NCBI GenBank assembly: GCA_050273025.1
Contig: CP158635.1
Span: 33,356,001 to 33,420,000, forward strand
Length of the DNA: 64,000 nucleotides
Reading direction: 5' to 3'
Source of the DNA: Cenococcum geophilum
Taxonomy: Eukaryota
Shown here: positions 10,801-22,060 of the stretch, piece by piece
Layout of the letters: every line of letters begins with the position of its first letter
Position numbering within the stretch: position 1 is the first letter of the stretch
Notes under the pieces: generated by a model
Database searches by the model: none
The model's input: the letters and a program-made list of their open reading frames with translations, nothing else
What the model was told of the DNA's origin: nothing
Made by a program: the position numbers and the translations under genes

Positions 10801-13800
10801 TCCTCTAATAGAGAAGGAAATAAATCTAAGTAGTTCAGCAACTACTCTTCTTAGGTCCCCCTTAGGTGACTTATTCTTTAGTAATTCTTCTTTATTAATA
10901 CTACCTAACCTAATCTCTTCTAATACTCCTATACCTTTTTTATAGCATTCTTTAAATTTCCTAGTAGCTCCTAAGTAGTTTTAGTATAGCCTATCTACTT
11001 AACCTTATACTATATTTCGTTGTCAATGTCCTTATAACTAATAATTCTTAAAACTTACTATTTATCTTCTTCTTATCCTTTATATGTGTCTGCTTTATAA
11101 ACTAGTGGCTTAACATTCCTATATACTAGCTCTAGCATTATAATATGCTATATAGGGTAGATCTTTATTTTAGCTAGTAGGTTTAACTTAAATATAACCA
11201 GTAAAATCTTTTATAAAATTTTAAAAGGTCCTAGTCTGACGTAGTCCAACTTCTTACTTAGTCGTCAACTCTTAAAATTTTTGTATAGTAGCTATACTTT
11301 ATCTCCCTCCTTAAGATCTGGTCCCTTAGATCTCTTAATATTATAGTACCTTTTTATTTTCTCTTATACCTTCTTTACTAATTCTATAAGGTCTATATAA
11401 AGATTTATTAATATCTTTATTCTTTCTTTAGCTATACTACTTATTTTCTTCACTTATTATAATAACAACGATATTCTTAGCTTATATCCGTAATTTACCT
11501 TAAATAGTAATATGCCTATTCCTTCTTAAGGTGTTATATTATATATAAACTATATAACTAGTAATAGCGATACCTAATTATTCTATACATAGTTAATATA
11601 ATGCCTTAAATACTGTTCTAGTGTCTAATTTAATCTCTCTATTTAACCGTCTATCTACGGATAATATACGGTAAAAGTTACTGCTTAAACTCCTTACTCT
11701 GCTAAGAATACTTCCTAAAATACTACTACAAATCTTAGATCCCTATCCGATATAATTTTGCTTAGTGCTCTATATCTTATAAACACTTCTTTAATATAAA
11801 TTCTAGCGATATCTTCTACTAATATTTCTTCTGTATATGCTATAAAGTATCCCTACTTCGTAAGCTTGTCTACTATTACTAAGATTATATTATAATCTTG
11901 TCTAGTAATAGGATCTCTTAACTTTAGTAACTTTATAATAAAGTCCCATAATATAACCTCCTATGGTTTTTCTAGTATTTTAATAGGTTATAGCCCTCTA
12001 TATAGCTTATACCTTATTAGTTTATTTCTTTAGCAGTCTAAACACTCCTTTATTACTTTTCTCGTAATATTCTAGATTCTATTAATAATATATTCTTCCT
12101 AGAGTCTTAACACTAAGCCCGTGGCTCTATTATGTCCTTAAGCCATTCCCTTATAAAAATCTTCTATAAAATGCTCTGCTATACTTCTTAGGATATACTT
12201 TACTTCGCGGTTTTTATATATATCCGTCTATAGATCTTTTAGCTATACCTCTAGAATTCTTTATACTTAAAAGCTTTCTAATATCTTATAGACCTTCCTT
12301 AGTTCGTCGTTTTCTTAAATTATTATAATCTTCGGATAATTATACCTAATTAGTCCGTCTATATCTTTTTGCAGTAAAGCCCCTAATAGCTTTTCGTCAT
12401 TTTATAATTCAGCCCTTTAACTTAGAGTATCCGCTCTTATATTATCTATACCCTTAGTATACTAAATCTTAAAATAGTATTCTATAAGTATCTCTACCCA
12501 TCTAACCTATCTTTAGTTAAGTTCCTTTATCGTTAAAAACCCTATTAGGTTTTTATAATCCGTTTTAACTATAAATAGTTTCTCTATACCTTATAAAAAT
12601 GCTCTTTATTCCTTTAGTGCTGTAACTATACCTAATAACTTCTTATTATAGATATCGTAGTTTAACTCTAGTGGTGTTATTTTTTAACTATAGTATGCCA
12701 CTAGGTGCTATCTATCTTAATATTTTTATATAAAGTATGCCCTTAGTATAAAGTCTAATATATCTATTTCTATAACCGTCTCTAGTTTTAGTTAATAGAT
12801 CTTAAAAACTAGCTCCTAGGTAAACAATTCTTTAACCCTTTTAAATAGCTTTTATTATTCCTTTTCCTATACCTATAGTTCTTCTTTCTTTATTAATCGC
12901 GTAAATAGTTTAATATCCTTTAACTATTATACTATAAACCTCCTACAGTAATTGCAAAACCCTAAAAACGATCTTAATTGCGTAACGTTCTCTAGTTTTT
13001 ACCAATTTACTATAGCCTTAATCCTTTAGATCTATACTAAGTTAGCCTAGTTTAATAATAAATCTAACGAAATCGGTCTTCCTTATAAAGAACTTGTATT
13101 TCTTAATTGCTACTAGTATCTATTCTTCCTATAGTCTCTTTAAGACCCATTTAACGTATTCCCCGTATTCTTCCTTAGTTATTAAGTAGATAATAATATC
13201 GTTAAGGTATACTATAATAAACTTATCTAAGTATTCTCCTAATATATTATTAATACGCTTTTAGAACGTTACTAGTGCGTTTATAAGCCCGAATTGTATA
13301 ACTAATAGTTTATATAGTCCTTCCTTTAACCTAAAGGCTGCCTTTTATTCGTTGCCTTCCTTAATCCTAATCTAATGGTATACCTATCTTAGATTTATTT
13401 TTATAAAGATTTACGCGTTACTTATCCTATCTTAGATCTTACTAATTAAGGGTAAAGGATACCTATCCTTTCTAGTAATGCTGTTTAACTATCTATAGTT
13501 AATACACAGCCTTAGTTTGCTATTCTTCTTTAGTATAAATAGTACTAGATATCCCGCTGATGACTACAATAGTCTAATATATCCCTTTCGTAGGTTTTCT
13601 TAGATAAACTCTTTTAATACTCTACCTTCTTCTTTAGTAAGCTTATAGATTGGAAAGAACCTTAGACTTATTCCTAGTTCTAATTCTATCTTATAGTCCT
13701 ATGCTATATACTTTAACAGCTTTTTACTTTCCGGTAACTATAGTTTTTTACTATACTTATAGTATCTTTTTAGTATATAACTTAAGCCTCGCTTAGTCTC

Positions 13801-13941
13801 TTTGTATATCGCTCCGACCTAGTACTATACTAACTTAGCTTATTATCGCATTTTGCGGCGTTAAGTATCTTTAATATTAACTTAATTGGTAATCTAATTG
13901 ATCCTTAGATTGTATTCCTATAACTAAGGCATCCCTAATAC

Positions 13942-14194
13942 TGTAGTGGGGTAGAATGGGCCACTGCTTAGTGCCTTAGCATTTTCCTATATATATCGAG
14001 CCTTCGGCTTCTCTCCTTCTCTCGAGTATAACCGACCAAGAATACATTTTTTCCTTTCTTCTTACTGACTGCTTTCCTACTAATTGATTACAACTGACGA
14101 CCAACCAACTAACTAACTGACTAACCGACTGACCGACAGACAGATAGATAGCATTATAACTTCCTATCTAAGAGGGACCGCGTCTACTACCACA
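13942..14194 (+). repeat. 5' LTR (253 bp) followed by PBS-like TGGCATTCCACGTGGGGA (14197-14214)
   Basis: Termini TGTAGTGG...CTACCACA are inverted and follow the TG..CA rule; there is a TATA-like TATATATA at ~13987; TGG begins 2 nt after the LTR. Confidence 0.75.
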
Positions 14195-15062
14195 TATGGC
14201 ATTCCACGTGGGGACGACGGCAAGCTCTTTGGATTAGAAGTCTGGCATTTTATATATAACTATATATATAGGAGATACGCAGGAATATATTACAGCTATA
14301 GAAGAACCAATAGCTATAGAAGAACGACTAGCTGCAGAAGAACCGCCAGCTAGATAGACAAGACGAAAGTAGAGAACTAGGCAGTATTAGATAGCAAGGG
14401 GAACTAGGTAATCCCTAAATAGAAAGACAGCGGAAAAGACAGACATTAGACTTGACGCATAGGCTAAAGAGTAGCAAAAAGGAGTGGTAAAGGTCTCGAA
14501 AAGTTATATATAAGGACGTCTAGCGAACAGGCGAGCCAATTAGACGACTTCAACCGGTCAGAATTACCCGATATTTCTACTACCCGCGCACGAGCATGGC
14601 TAGAGCTTTATTAAAGATATAGAGACAATAAGTAGCTAAGGGCTAATGAGATTTAAGGTATCTAGCGGCGAAGGAAGTTAGCGCTGCCCTTTAGGAACAG
14701 AAGAGAGAATACTAAGCGAGGTTGTAAGTATACAAGATTGGGTTTATTTTTAAAAGCTTCCTATTCTAGCTTAGCTTTATCTTCTTTTAAGTTATCCAGA
14801 TTGTGTCGGAGGTAGCTTTAAAGGTATTCTGTAAAGAAGCAGATATAGGCAAAAGCGTAAGGCTTAGCAGTACCCTACCGCGTAAAGTAACGGCAGGCTA
14901 AAATAGACAGACGTATTGAGACCCGGTAGTAGTAAAAGATAAAGATTCCGTGCTCTCCTAAGAAGACCCCCCCTTAGGTATTAAGAAGCAGGTGCCTTCC
15001 GTTAGGGACGCAGATATATAAGTGGACTAGCCGTAGTATATACGTACCAAAGTACCACTAAA

Positions 15063-16600
15063 ATAGCCATCTAGGACACCCTTACCTTAGGTAGTAAGGG
15101 AAGTACGCCATATATTCGTTCCAACGGTAGCAATACCAGATTCTTTTAGGTAAGGGGTTTTACGGTTTAACGAAAAGAACATCTTTAGGTTTATTAAGGC
15201 CTACAAGGGCATATATTAAAGGTACTATATAGGCGAAAGCTATAGGCTTGTGTGTCTTCTTAACTATTACAAGGACGCGTACATGGAAGCCATTTAAATA
15301 ATGCCGGAATTTGAACAGGATGACTAGAGCTAACTAGTGACTAAACTTTGAGCTAAATATCGAGCCGAGGACTACTACTAACGTATAGAGATAAGAGACT
15401 TCGTAGAAGCATTTGTTAGGAAGTTAGCGGAGTAGCTAGGCGACTTACGTCACTATATATAGGACTTCACTACTATCTTAGCTAAAGTAGTAGCCGTAAG
15501 AAACCTTATTAAATAAGAGAAGGGGCGGTGGTTTATATAAGGTCTCCCTATTAAATACTATAGGCACGTAATGGAAAAGATAGGAGCCGTAGTAGACGAG
15601 CCTAGTACCCTTATATTTAAAAGACTAAAGGAGGCCGTAGAGTTAAGGATAGTGGCTATAGAGGGCGCTAAGCGAATGGATGTCCTTTTAGAAGAAGATC
15701 CCCTAAATATTTAGCTTATACAGAAGCTACGGCAGTAAAGGGATAAGCTTGACCGTAGGAAAGAAGGAAGGCTTCTGGACTTAGGTGTATATAAAGGAGC
15801 CCTAATATAGCAGCAGTCACCTATTACGGATTAGGCTATAGTTTAAAGCCTAGTATAAGGATATGGCCTAGTACTAGGATATAAAGACTAGCAGAATAGT
15901 ACCCAACCTTTATAGGACTCTTAACCTTTATAGGACTTTTAATATCTATAAGATTTTACTACCTTTAGATAGCCGCAGTGGGATGTATAAGGTTAGCAAG
16001 GTATATAAGGACAAGGCCTATAGACCTGTTTTAGATATAGAGAAAGTTACCGTTTTACTAAGCACGAATATTAAGGCTTAAAGGATCTTATTTAGTAAGG
16101 ATTTATATATCTATCTAAATAAGGAAGACTGGTAGCTAAAATACGCGATTAACCTAGACTAGTACTCCCGTGGCTTGGCAATAAAGGATAACTAAAAGGT
16201 ATTAAGAACTAGCTCTATACGTACTAAGGAATAGACCTAGCTATAGATTGGAAAAGGGAAGGATAAGGATAGACGCAGTAACGGGCCCTAATAGTACGAA
16301 CGGATTTTACTACTTTTTATAACGGAGTAGTACTATAGAATAGTGACGAAATATAGACAAACTAGGAGGACTACTATTAAGTACGGCCCATAGACTTAGT
16401 AATGCCCAGCCAGTAACATCCATAGACTTACTTAACCCTTAGAGATAGCCGTATAACCAGAATAGCCGTTAAGTAGTAGTAGGCACCGCCGCAGGAGAAG
16501 AATATACGATTAGGAGATTGTACCTAGATTAGGTTAGCTAATAAATTGTCCGACCCTTAGAGACGGTTATAGAGATAAACGCTTAACTAGGTTAGCGGTT
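15063..16600 (+). pseudogene. Gypsy-type gag relic with a variant zinc knuckle
   Basis: De-RIPped GVPRFDGKNISRFIEAYEGMC...DWSQLVTKLRAEY (~15150-15360) and TCFGCGESHRFTKHECQGLKDLIRQGFVH (~16024-16110). Confidence 0.65.
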
Positions 16601-16949
16601 AACCCGTAGGCATCTATAGTAGGCTCTATAGAAGGTATAGGATATTTAACTAGGGGATAGTTAAGTTCTAAGGTAGGGGAGGGGACGTAGGTAACGGCCG
16701 TGTAAAAGATTTCTATTTGTCTGTTTATTTACTATATTTCCTAAAGCTCCTTTCTTATTTACTTTCTTAATCGCGACATGTTAGTCGCTGTAGAGATATT
16801 AGTTTAGCTTACCGCCTATTACTAAGCTAATAGCGATTTTCTATACCCGGTATGGAAAATCCTAATTAGTCTATTTAGTAGTAGAACCGGCAGAACTCTA
16901 CACTACCCCTAAAATTCGATAATGCGCTAGCGGCACGACGAGAACGGCA

Positions 16950-19190
16950 CTAAGAGCCTTAATTAATTGCATGGATATAGAGCTGATTATATAATATAGA
17001 GCCTAACGCAGAGCTATATATAAAGCCTTAATTGAACAACTATACGGAAGCCTTAATTAATCGAATGACTGCATAGAAGCCGTAACTGGTTGGGGAATTA
17101 AATTAAGCTAGAGCCTTAATACTAGTACATCACGTCACTAAATTAAATTAGTTAAATGTTGTTAAATTAGAGCCTTTAACCGGGCCGACTTTGTTCCTTA
17201 TTTAAACAACAACTAATCGTAGTACGACTATCACTGCTATCTAAATTTAGTACTGCGCTAGCTATATAATAAGAACGGATACCGCGGCAAGGAAGGGACC
17301 TATATAAGGGCAGCAGCATAATACCGGAAAACAAGCACCGCGGAAACGGTAAAGCAGTATATAAAGAGGCACTATAATAAGAGAAGATAAGGATGCTCTG
17401 CAAGAGGTCGTATATAGGGCATAACTAACTATAATAAACCTAAGCCATCCTTATGCGACTAAAGATAGAATTAAGCCGCATCTAGCTAAGCTAGTAAAGG
17501 ACTTTATTAAGGATTATAAGGGGAGTAGAAATTGGATGTATAGGAGCTAGCACTTTTTAGGGATTATCTTAATAAAAGAACTATATTATAGATATAAGGG
17601 TAAGGGATATACAATAGAGGTAGTTATGATAGCTAAGAAGCTGTTACTGGATGGCTTTAAAGATACTAAAAACGACTTAGATAAAGCGTAAAGCTAGTAG
17701 GATAATAATAGAGACTAGAAGCAGAAGACAATCCTAAGAGGGTTCTTAAGCTAGAAAAAGATCAAGGATATGCAAGTGTACTACTAGTAGTGGGAATAAA
17801 GAAGTAGCTGTAAAAGCCTAAGGATATACCGAAGAAGCTAAGAGCAAGGACGGTTTATAAAAGGAAGAAAAGTAGCTATTAAGGACGTCCTAGAAAAGCA
17901 CCGGGCCTGTAATAATAGTTTACTAGAAGCTGCCGTTTATGCTTATAAGGAAGGACGTCTTAAGACAGGTCTCTAAATTAGACGTTTAGTAGATACTAAG
18001 AGCTATAATTAACTACGGATGTAGAGCCCCAATTAATTAACTATATGGATATAAAGCTTTAATAAAACAACTGTATAGCCAGAGTCTTAATCAATTGTCT
18101 GTAGATATAGAGCCTACGGATGCAAAACCTAGGTTATACGTATAATAGAAGACGCCTTAAGTTAAGCTAAAGCCTTAGTTAAATCCTAATTAGTCGAACG
18201 CTGCCTCTATAGTTAAGTCGTTAAATTAGAGCCTTTAGTTAGGCCGACCTAATACCCTATTTAAACGTTAGTTAATTGTACGTTATTACAGTCAAATTAA
18301 ATTAATCACCGTCACCGTTAGACGTCTTCGATCGGTAGTTAAAAATACATTATTATAGGCACGTAGGCACTAGACCTAATTAGGAAACTAGTATATAGCT
18401 AGAAGAACGTCGGAAATACGGTTAATTAATGTTTTAGAGCCTTTATAAGAGCCTCTTCCCTTAACTGCCCGCCCCCATATTAATTAATTGCTGCCTATCT
18501 TGACGCTTACGGATTGGTTAACTAGAACGATCTTTCTTATAGATATAGATATGGAGCTTTACACGGAGTCTTATACGGAGTTATATATAGACCCTACGGA
18601 TATAGAGTATATAGGTATAGAGCCTTAATTAGACAATAGTATGGCAGCTTAACTGGACGCCTATAGATGCGAAGCCTTAATTGAACGGTAGATGCGGAAC
18701 CTTAACTAATTAGACGTCTATACAGAAGCTTTGATTAACTGTTTATAGATATAAAGCCCTAGTTATATATATAGTAGAAGACACCTTAAGTTAAGCCAGG
18801 GCCTTATTAAATCTTAATTAGTTAAACGCTATCTCCGCATTTAAGTTAGAATAGTTAGAGCCTTTAACCGGGCCAACTTTTTACCTTAATTAAACGACCA
18901 AACGATTAGTTGCAGTATGTCGTCGCCGACTAATTAGACAGTTTTTGTTTAATAGTTAAAGTAGGTATATAGGCACCTACGTAGACATAGACGCAGACTA
19001 TATAATGTAGAGCTACTAATGTATAGCTAGATGCACAGTTAGCCGTATAGTTAGACGCAGAGCTATATAGATATAAAGCTTAGCAATATAAGGCCTAATA
19101 TAACGCCATAAATAGAGCCTTAATTAAGAGCTGTGTATAATGCAGCCTGATACAGATCTAGGTATAGAGCCTTAATATTAAACGACCAGC
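16950..19190. repeat. Degenerate internal repeats (GAGCCTTAATT short units plus longer blocks at ~17170, ~18226, ~18856)
   Basis: TTAGAGCCTTTAACCGGGCC.ACTTT recurs three times. 18146-18270 and 18775-18900 align at an offset of ~630 bp. Confidence 0.7.
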
Positions 19191-19194
19191 TAAA

Positions 19195-19825
19195 CTACTA
19201 AGTTGGGTTATACCCTCTACCGTCTTAATTAACTGCCCTACTACCGCTACTGCTGCTACCGCTATTCCGTTCGGCTATTTCGTCCCTACTGTCTTAACTA
19301 ACTACTATCTTTACCGTCCTAGATCTGTACCGCTGCTAGGTCTATTTACTGCTAAATCTACTAGGTCTATTATGCCGTTCTATACTACTATTTTAACTGA
19401 TCTGTTCTACTACTGCTGACTAGCTATTCTACCGCTGCTACTACTACTATTACTATCCCAACTATTCCGTTCTATTATTCTAATTATTCTACTACTACTG
19501 TTCTTACTAACTGCTACTAACTAACTGCTATTAACTGACTACTATTAACCGTCTGCCGCTACCGAGTGTTCTACTATTAAAAGCTCTACTGCTAGATATT
19601 TTACTGCTTACTATATAGACCAAGTTCTTCTACTAACTGTTCTACTACTGACCGTTTTACCGCTAACCGTCCTATTTTATTTTACTACACTAGATATCTG
19701 CTTTTATTGCTATTTCTATTACCGTTACTACTACTACTGTTACTATTATTACTGCTATTACTGCTATTGCTACTATTGCTATTATTTCTAATTTACTACT
19801 GTTCTAGTTACTCCTAACTATTATA
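19195..19825. repeat. Low-complexity (CTA/CTG/CCG)n-type tract
   Basis: Degenerate ACT/GCT trinucleotide periodicity throughout. Confidence 0.8.
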
Positions 19826-20316
19826 AGCCTTTTTGGTATTATACTATGGGTAGAACTAATTTTTGCCGGCTAAGGTTTCTGACCAAAGGTAGGGTAGAAC
19901 TATTTACAAAACTATAAGGAAACTGTACCCTAAATAAGCTCCAATCTGGATGCAATTTCAGTAGGGCCTATAGCTATACCTTAGCTACAATCCTACCCAT
20001 CTAAAAATTTTAAAATCCCACCAATATGCATATACGGTCGCGATATAGTAGAGTGGTTAATTTAGTTTAGATAAAGGGGGGATCAGAGGATGGTTACACC
20101 GATCCGACTTATATGCGCTAAAATTGCAGTGCCAATAAGAGATAAGGCTGCGATTTGCTATACGCCCTAAGTGCGTTAAATAGCGCCGACCGCCTAATTT
20201 AAGCTATGTACTAAGCCTTAATCTGCAGATTTTTAGAAAGGCTTTTATAAAATGTCTATATTTACTATATATACCTAATAATACTACTATAATAAAAGAA
20301 ATTAATCCTACTAACT

Positions 20317-21728
20317 TAAGGAATAGGTAAGAAAGAAATATCCTTAATAGCTAGCGCAGAATAACGGTTAAACAGCTAGAGTACGTTAGAAAGATCCATT
20401 TCCTACAGTTAATTATCACTTATATCTTTAATAGGAAGATAATTATAAGGTAGCTACTGGCCCGCCAATGTATTTTATATAAAGTCTTCTATTAGTTGAC
20501 CAAACTTAACGGCGTTTGGGTAAAACTGCTAGATAAGGTTAAGAAATACGTCAAATATACCTAATAAGAGCCGCTCTATAAAAGAATAAGGTATTTTAGA
20601 TATAGGAATAAGAGCAAAAATGCTAGAACTAAGTGCCTCCTATATATAATACCATCAATAGCCCTTGTAAAGACACTTTGTAAAGTACCGCCATTGCTTA
20701 TTAAATAGAGCAGAGGAGTTGGCTAGTGATAAAAAAGGCGTATTTATAGATAGGTAGAGTGCCTTAAAGAGCTGCTGCTTAACTAAAGACGCGTCGCTAA
20801 TACCTCTACCCTATATACTTGATCGCGTACAATCTAGGAGTGCTTCTGTATTTCAATAGCAATTGTAGAAGTATATAAGATAATAATGATAGAGAATCTC
20901 CTAAAGTATTCCGGTTACTTTAATACTAGTAATATTAAAGAAAGCCTTTTAGAAGCCTAATAGCGCCGCGTTTATATTCTAGCTACTAGACGTAAAAGCA
21001 ACTAAGGACTATAATAACAATTAGGGAGGATATGAGGATAACTAAGGACCAGTCTACCGGTTTAAATCTATAGTGCTATTTTTTCGCTAGTAGGTAAGTA
21101 CAGCCTTAACGTTTTTAACAGCTTCGCTACTACTAATAGCGCTTGCCCTATAGACTAACGCCGACGCCTCTTGTCTACCTATTCCTATATAGTTAGCCTG
21201 TTTGGCTAACTAGCTAAGCTTCCTTCCGTTCTCCTGTATATATATATTCTATATACTATCCTCTTTCTTGGTTATAAACACCTCTAAAAGCTTATTTTCT
21301 AACCTTCTACGCCTATCCCTTTCCTTACGCCTATTTATATTACCGACCGTTATAATATACTCCGGGCCTAGTGTAGTTATATAGTCCTAAGCACACCTAG
21401 CAGGCGGTTAAGATAGAGAAGCATTAGATATTAGCCTTAGCCTTTTACCCCTATAACGGGCACTTTTATCGCTTATATCCCGTGGACTATTATCTATAAT
21501 ACTAGTTATAGACTAAAACCATACCGGGCTACCGTAGTTGCTATTGTTCTCGCTTTACGGCCAAGAGTCTAGACTAGCGTTATCTGCATTAACTAGTTCG
21601 GGTTTAAGTTATGGAAGTACTTTAGGCCTATAGGACCGGCGGATCTACTGTAACATATCTTTTAGTAACTTTATAACAAAGAACGAGAGGCTAGGGTTAG
21701 TGCTGTCGCGCACCTATACTATAGGCAT
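20317..21728 (-). pseudogene. Hypothetical protein relic, divergent from the helicase gene
   Basis: Long minus-strand frames whose stops revert under de-RIPping: ...ASAIGSSEAVEDVKAVLAHWRK... (~21085-21170) and ...GRGVGDASLVKQQLFEALYP...KQWRYFTKRLYKGHRWH..EALGSGIFALIP (~20600-20810). Function unknown. Confidence 0.6.
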
Positions 21729-22060
21729 GTTAGTGCCAATAAACAATGCCAGAAGTAAACGTAGAAGGAACGTTTACGTCTCTTAAGGCGTTACGCCTAG
21801 GGCTAGAATTAATACAGCTATAGCGGTGGGATATTATTAAAGTAGGAAATCGCGTTAAGGAATCGCATTAAGGCTAAGCTTCGGCTACGCGCTTTTATAT
21901 CTTCCCCCTAAGAACTAAAACTAGAACACTATAAATAGCAACATAAAACATACTAGGGAGTATTTCCGGAAGCCTTTTTAAAAATGCCCTTGGCTAAAGT
22001 TATAATCTATAATAAGTATACTAAATAGCTATATATAGGGAAACAGTATTTATTAAATAT

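Larger units (their letters stand above)
9761..13941 (-). mobile_element. Chromodomain Ty3/Gypsy copy A' (protease end, RT, RNaseH, integrase, chromodomain, 3' LTR); 5' part displaced by an insertion at 13942
   Basis: De-RIPped VLGMPWL (~13920-13940), YPLPLI..KIDLRWAYHQIRI...FGLTNAP..YLDDIIIY (~13190-13470), RNaseH YDIHDKELL (~12630-12660), integrase HPQTDGQTER.NQTLEQYLR (~11600-11670). Confidence 0.95.
13942..19830 (+). mobile_element. LTR retroelement with gag only (no pol seen), long repetitive 3' region, 3' LTR not found
   Basis: LTR, PBS-like site and gag relic are followed by non-coding repeats. It interrupts Gypsy A' at the VLGMPWL motif. The right boundary is uncertain. Confidence 0.6.

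Noticed and set aside
13555..13565. CTGATGA hammerhead ribozyme core
   Set aside because: It lies in the antisense of the RT coding region, with no flanking stems or correctly placed GAAA seen.
17176..17990. Possible second ORF in the gag-only element (includes ORF 17176-17403)
   Set aside because: No recognisable motif or consistent frame could be established by eye.
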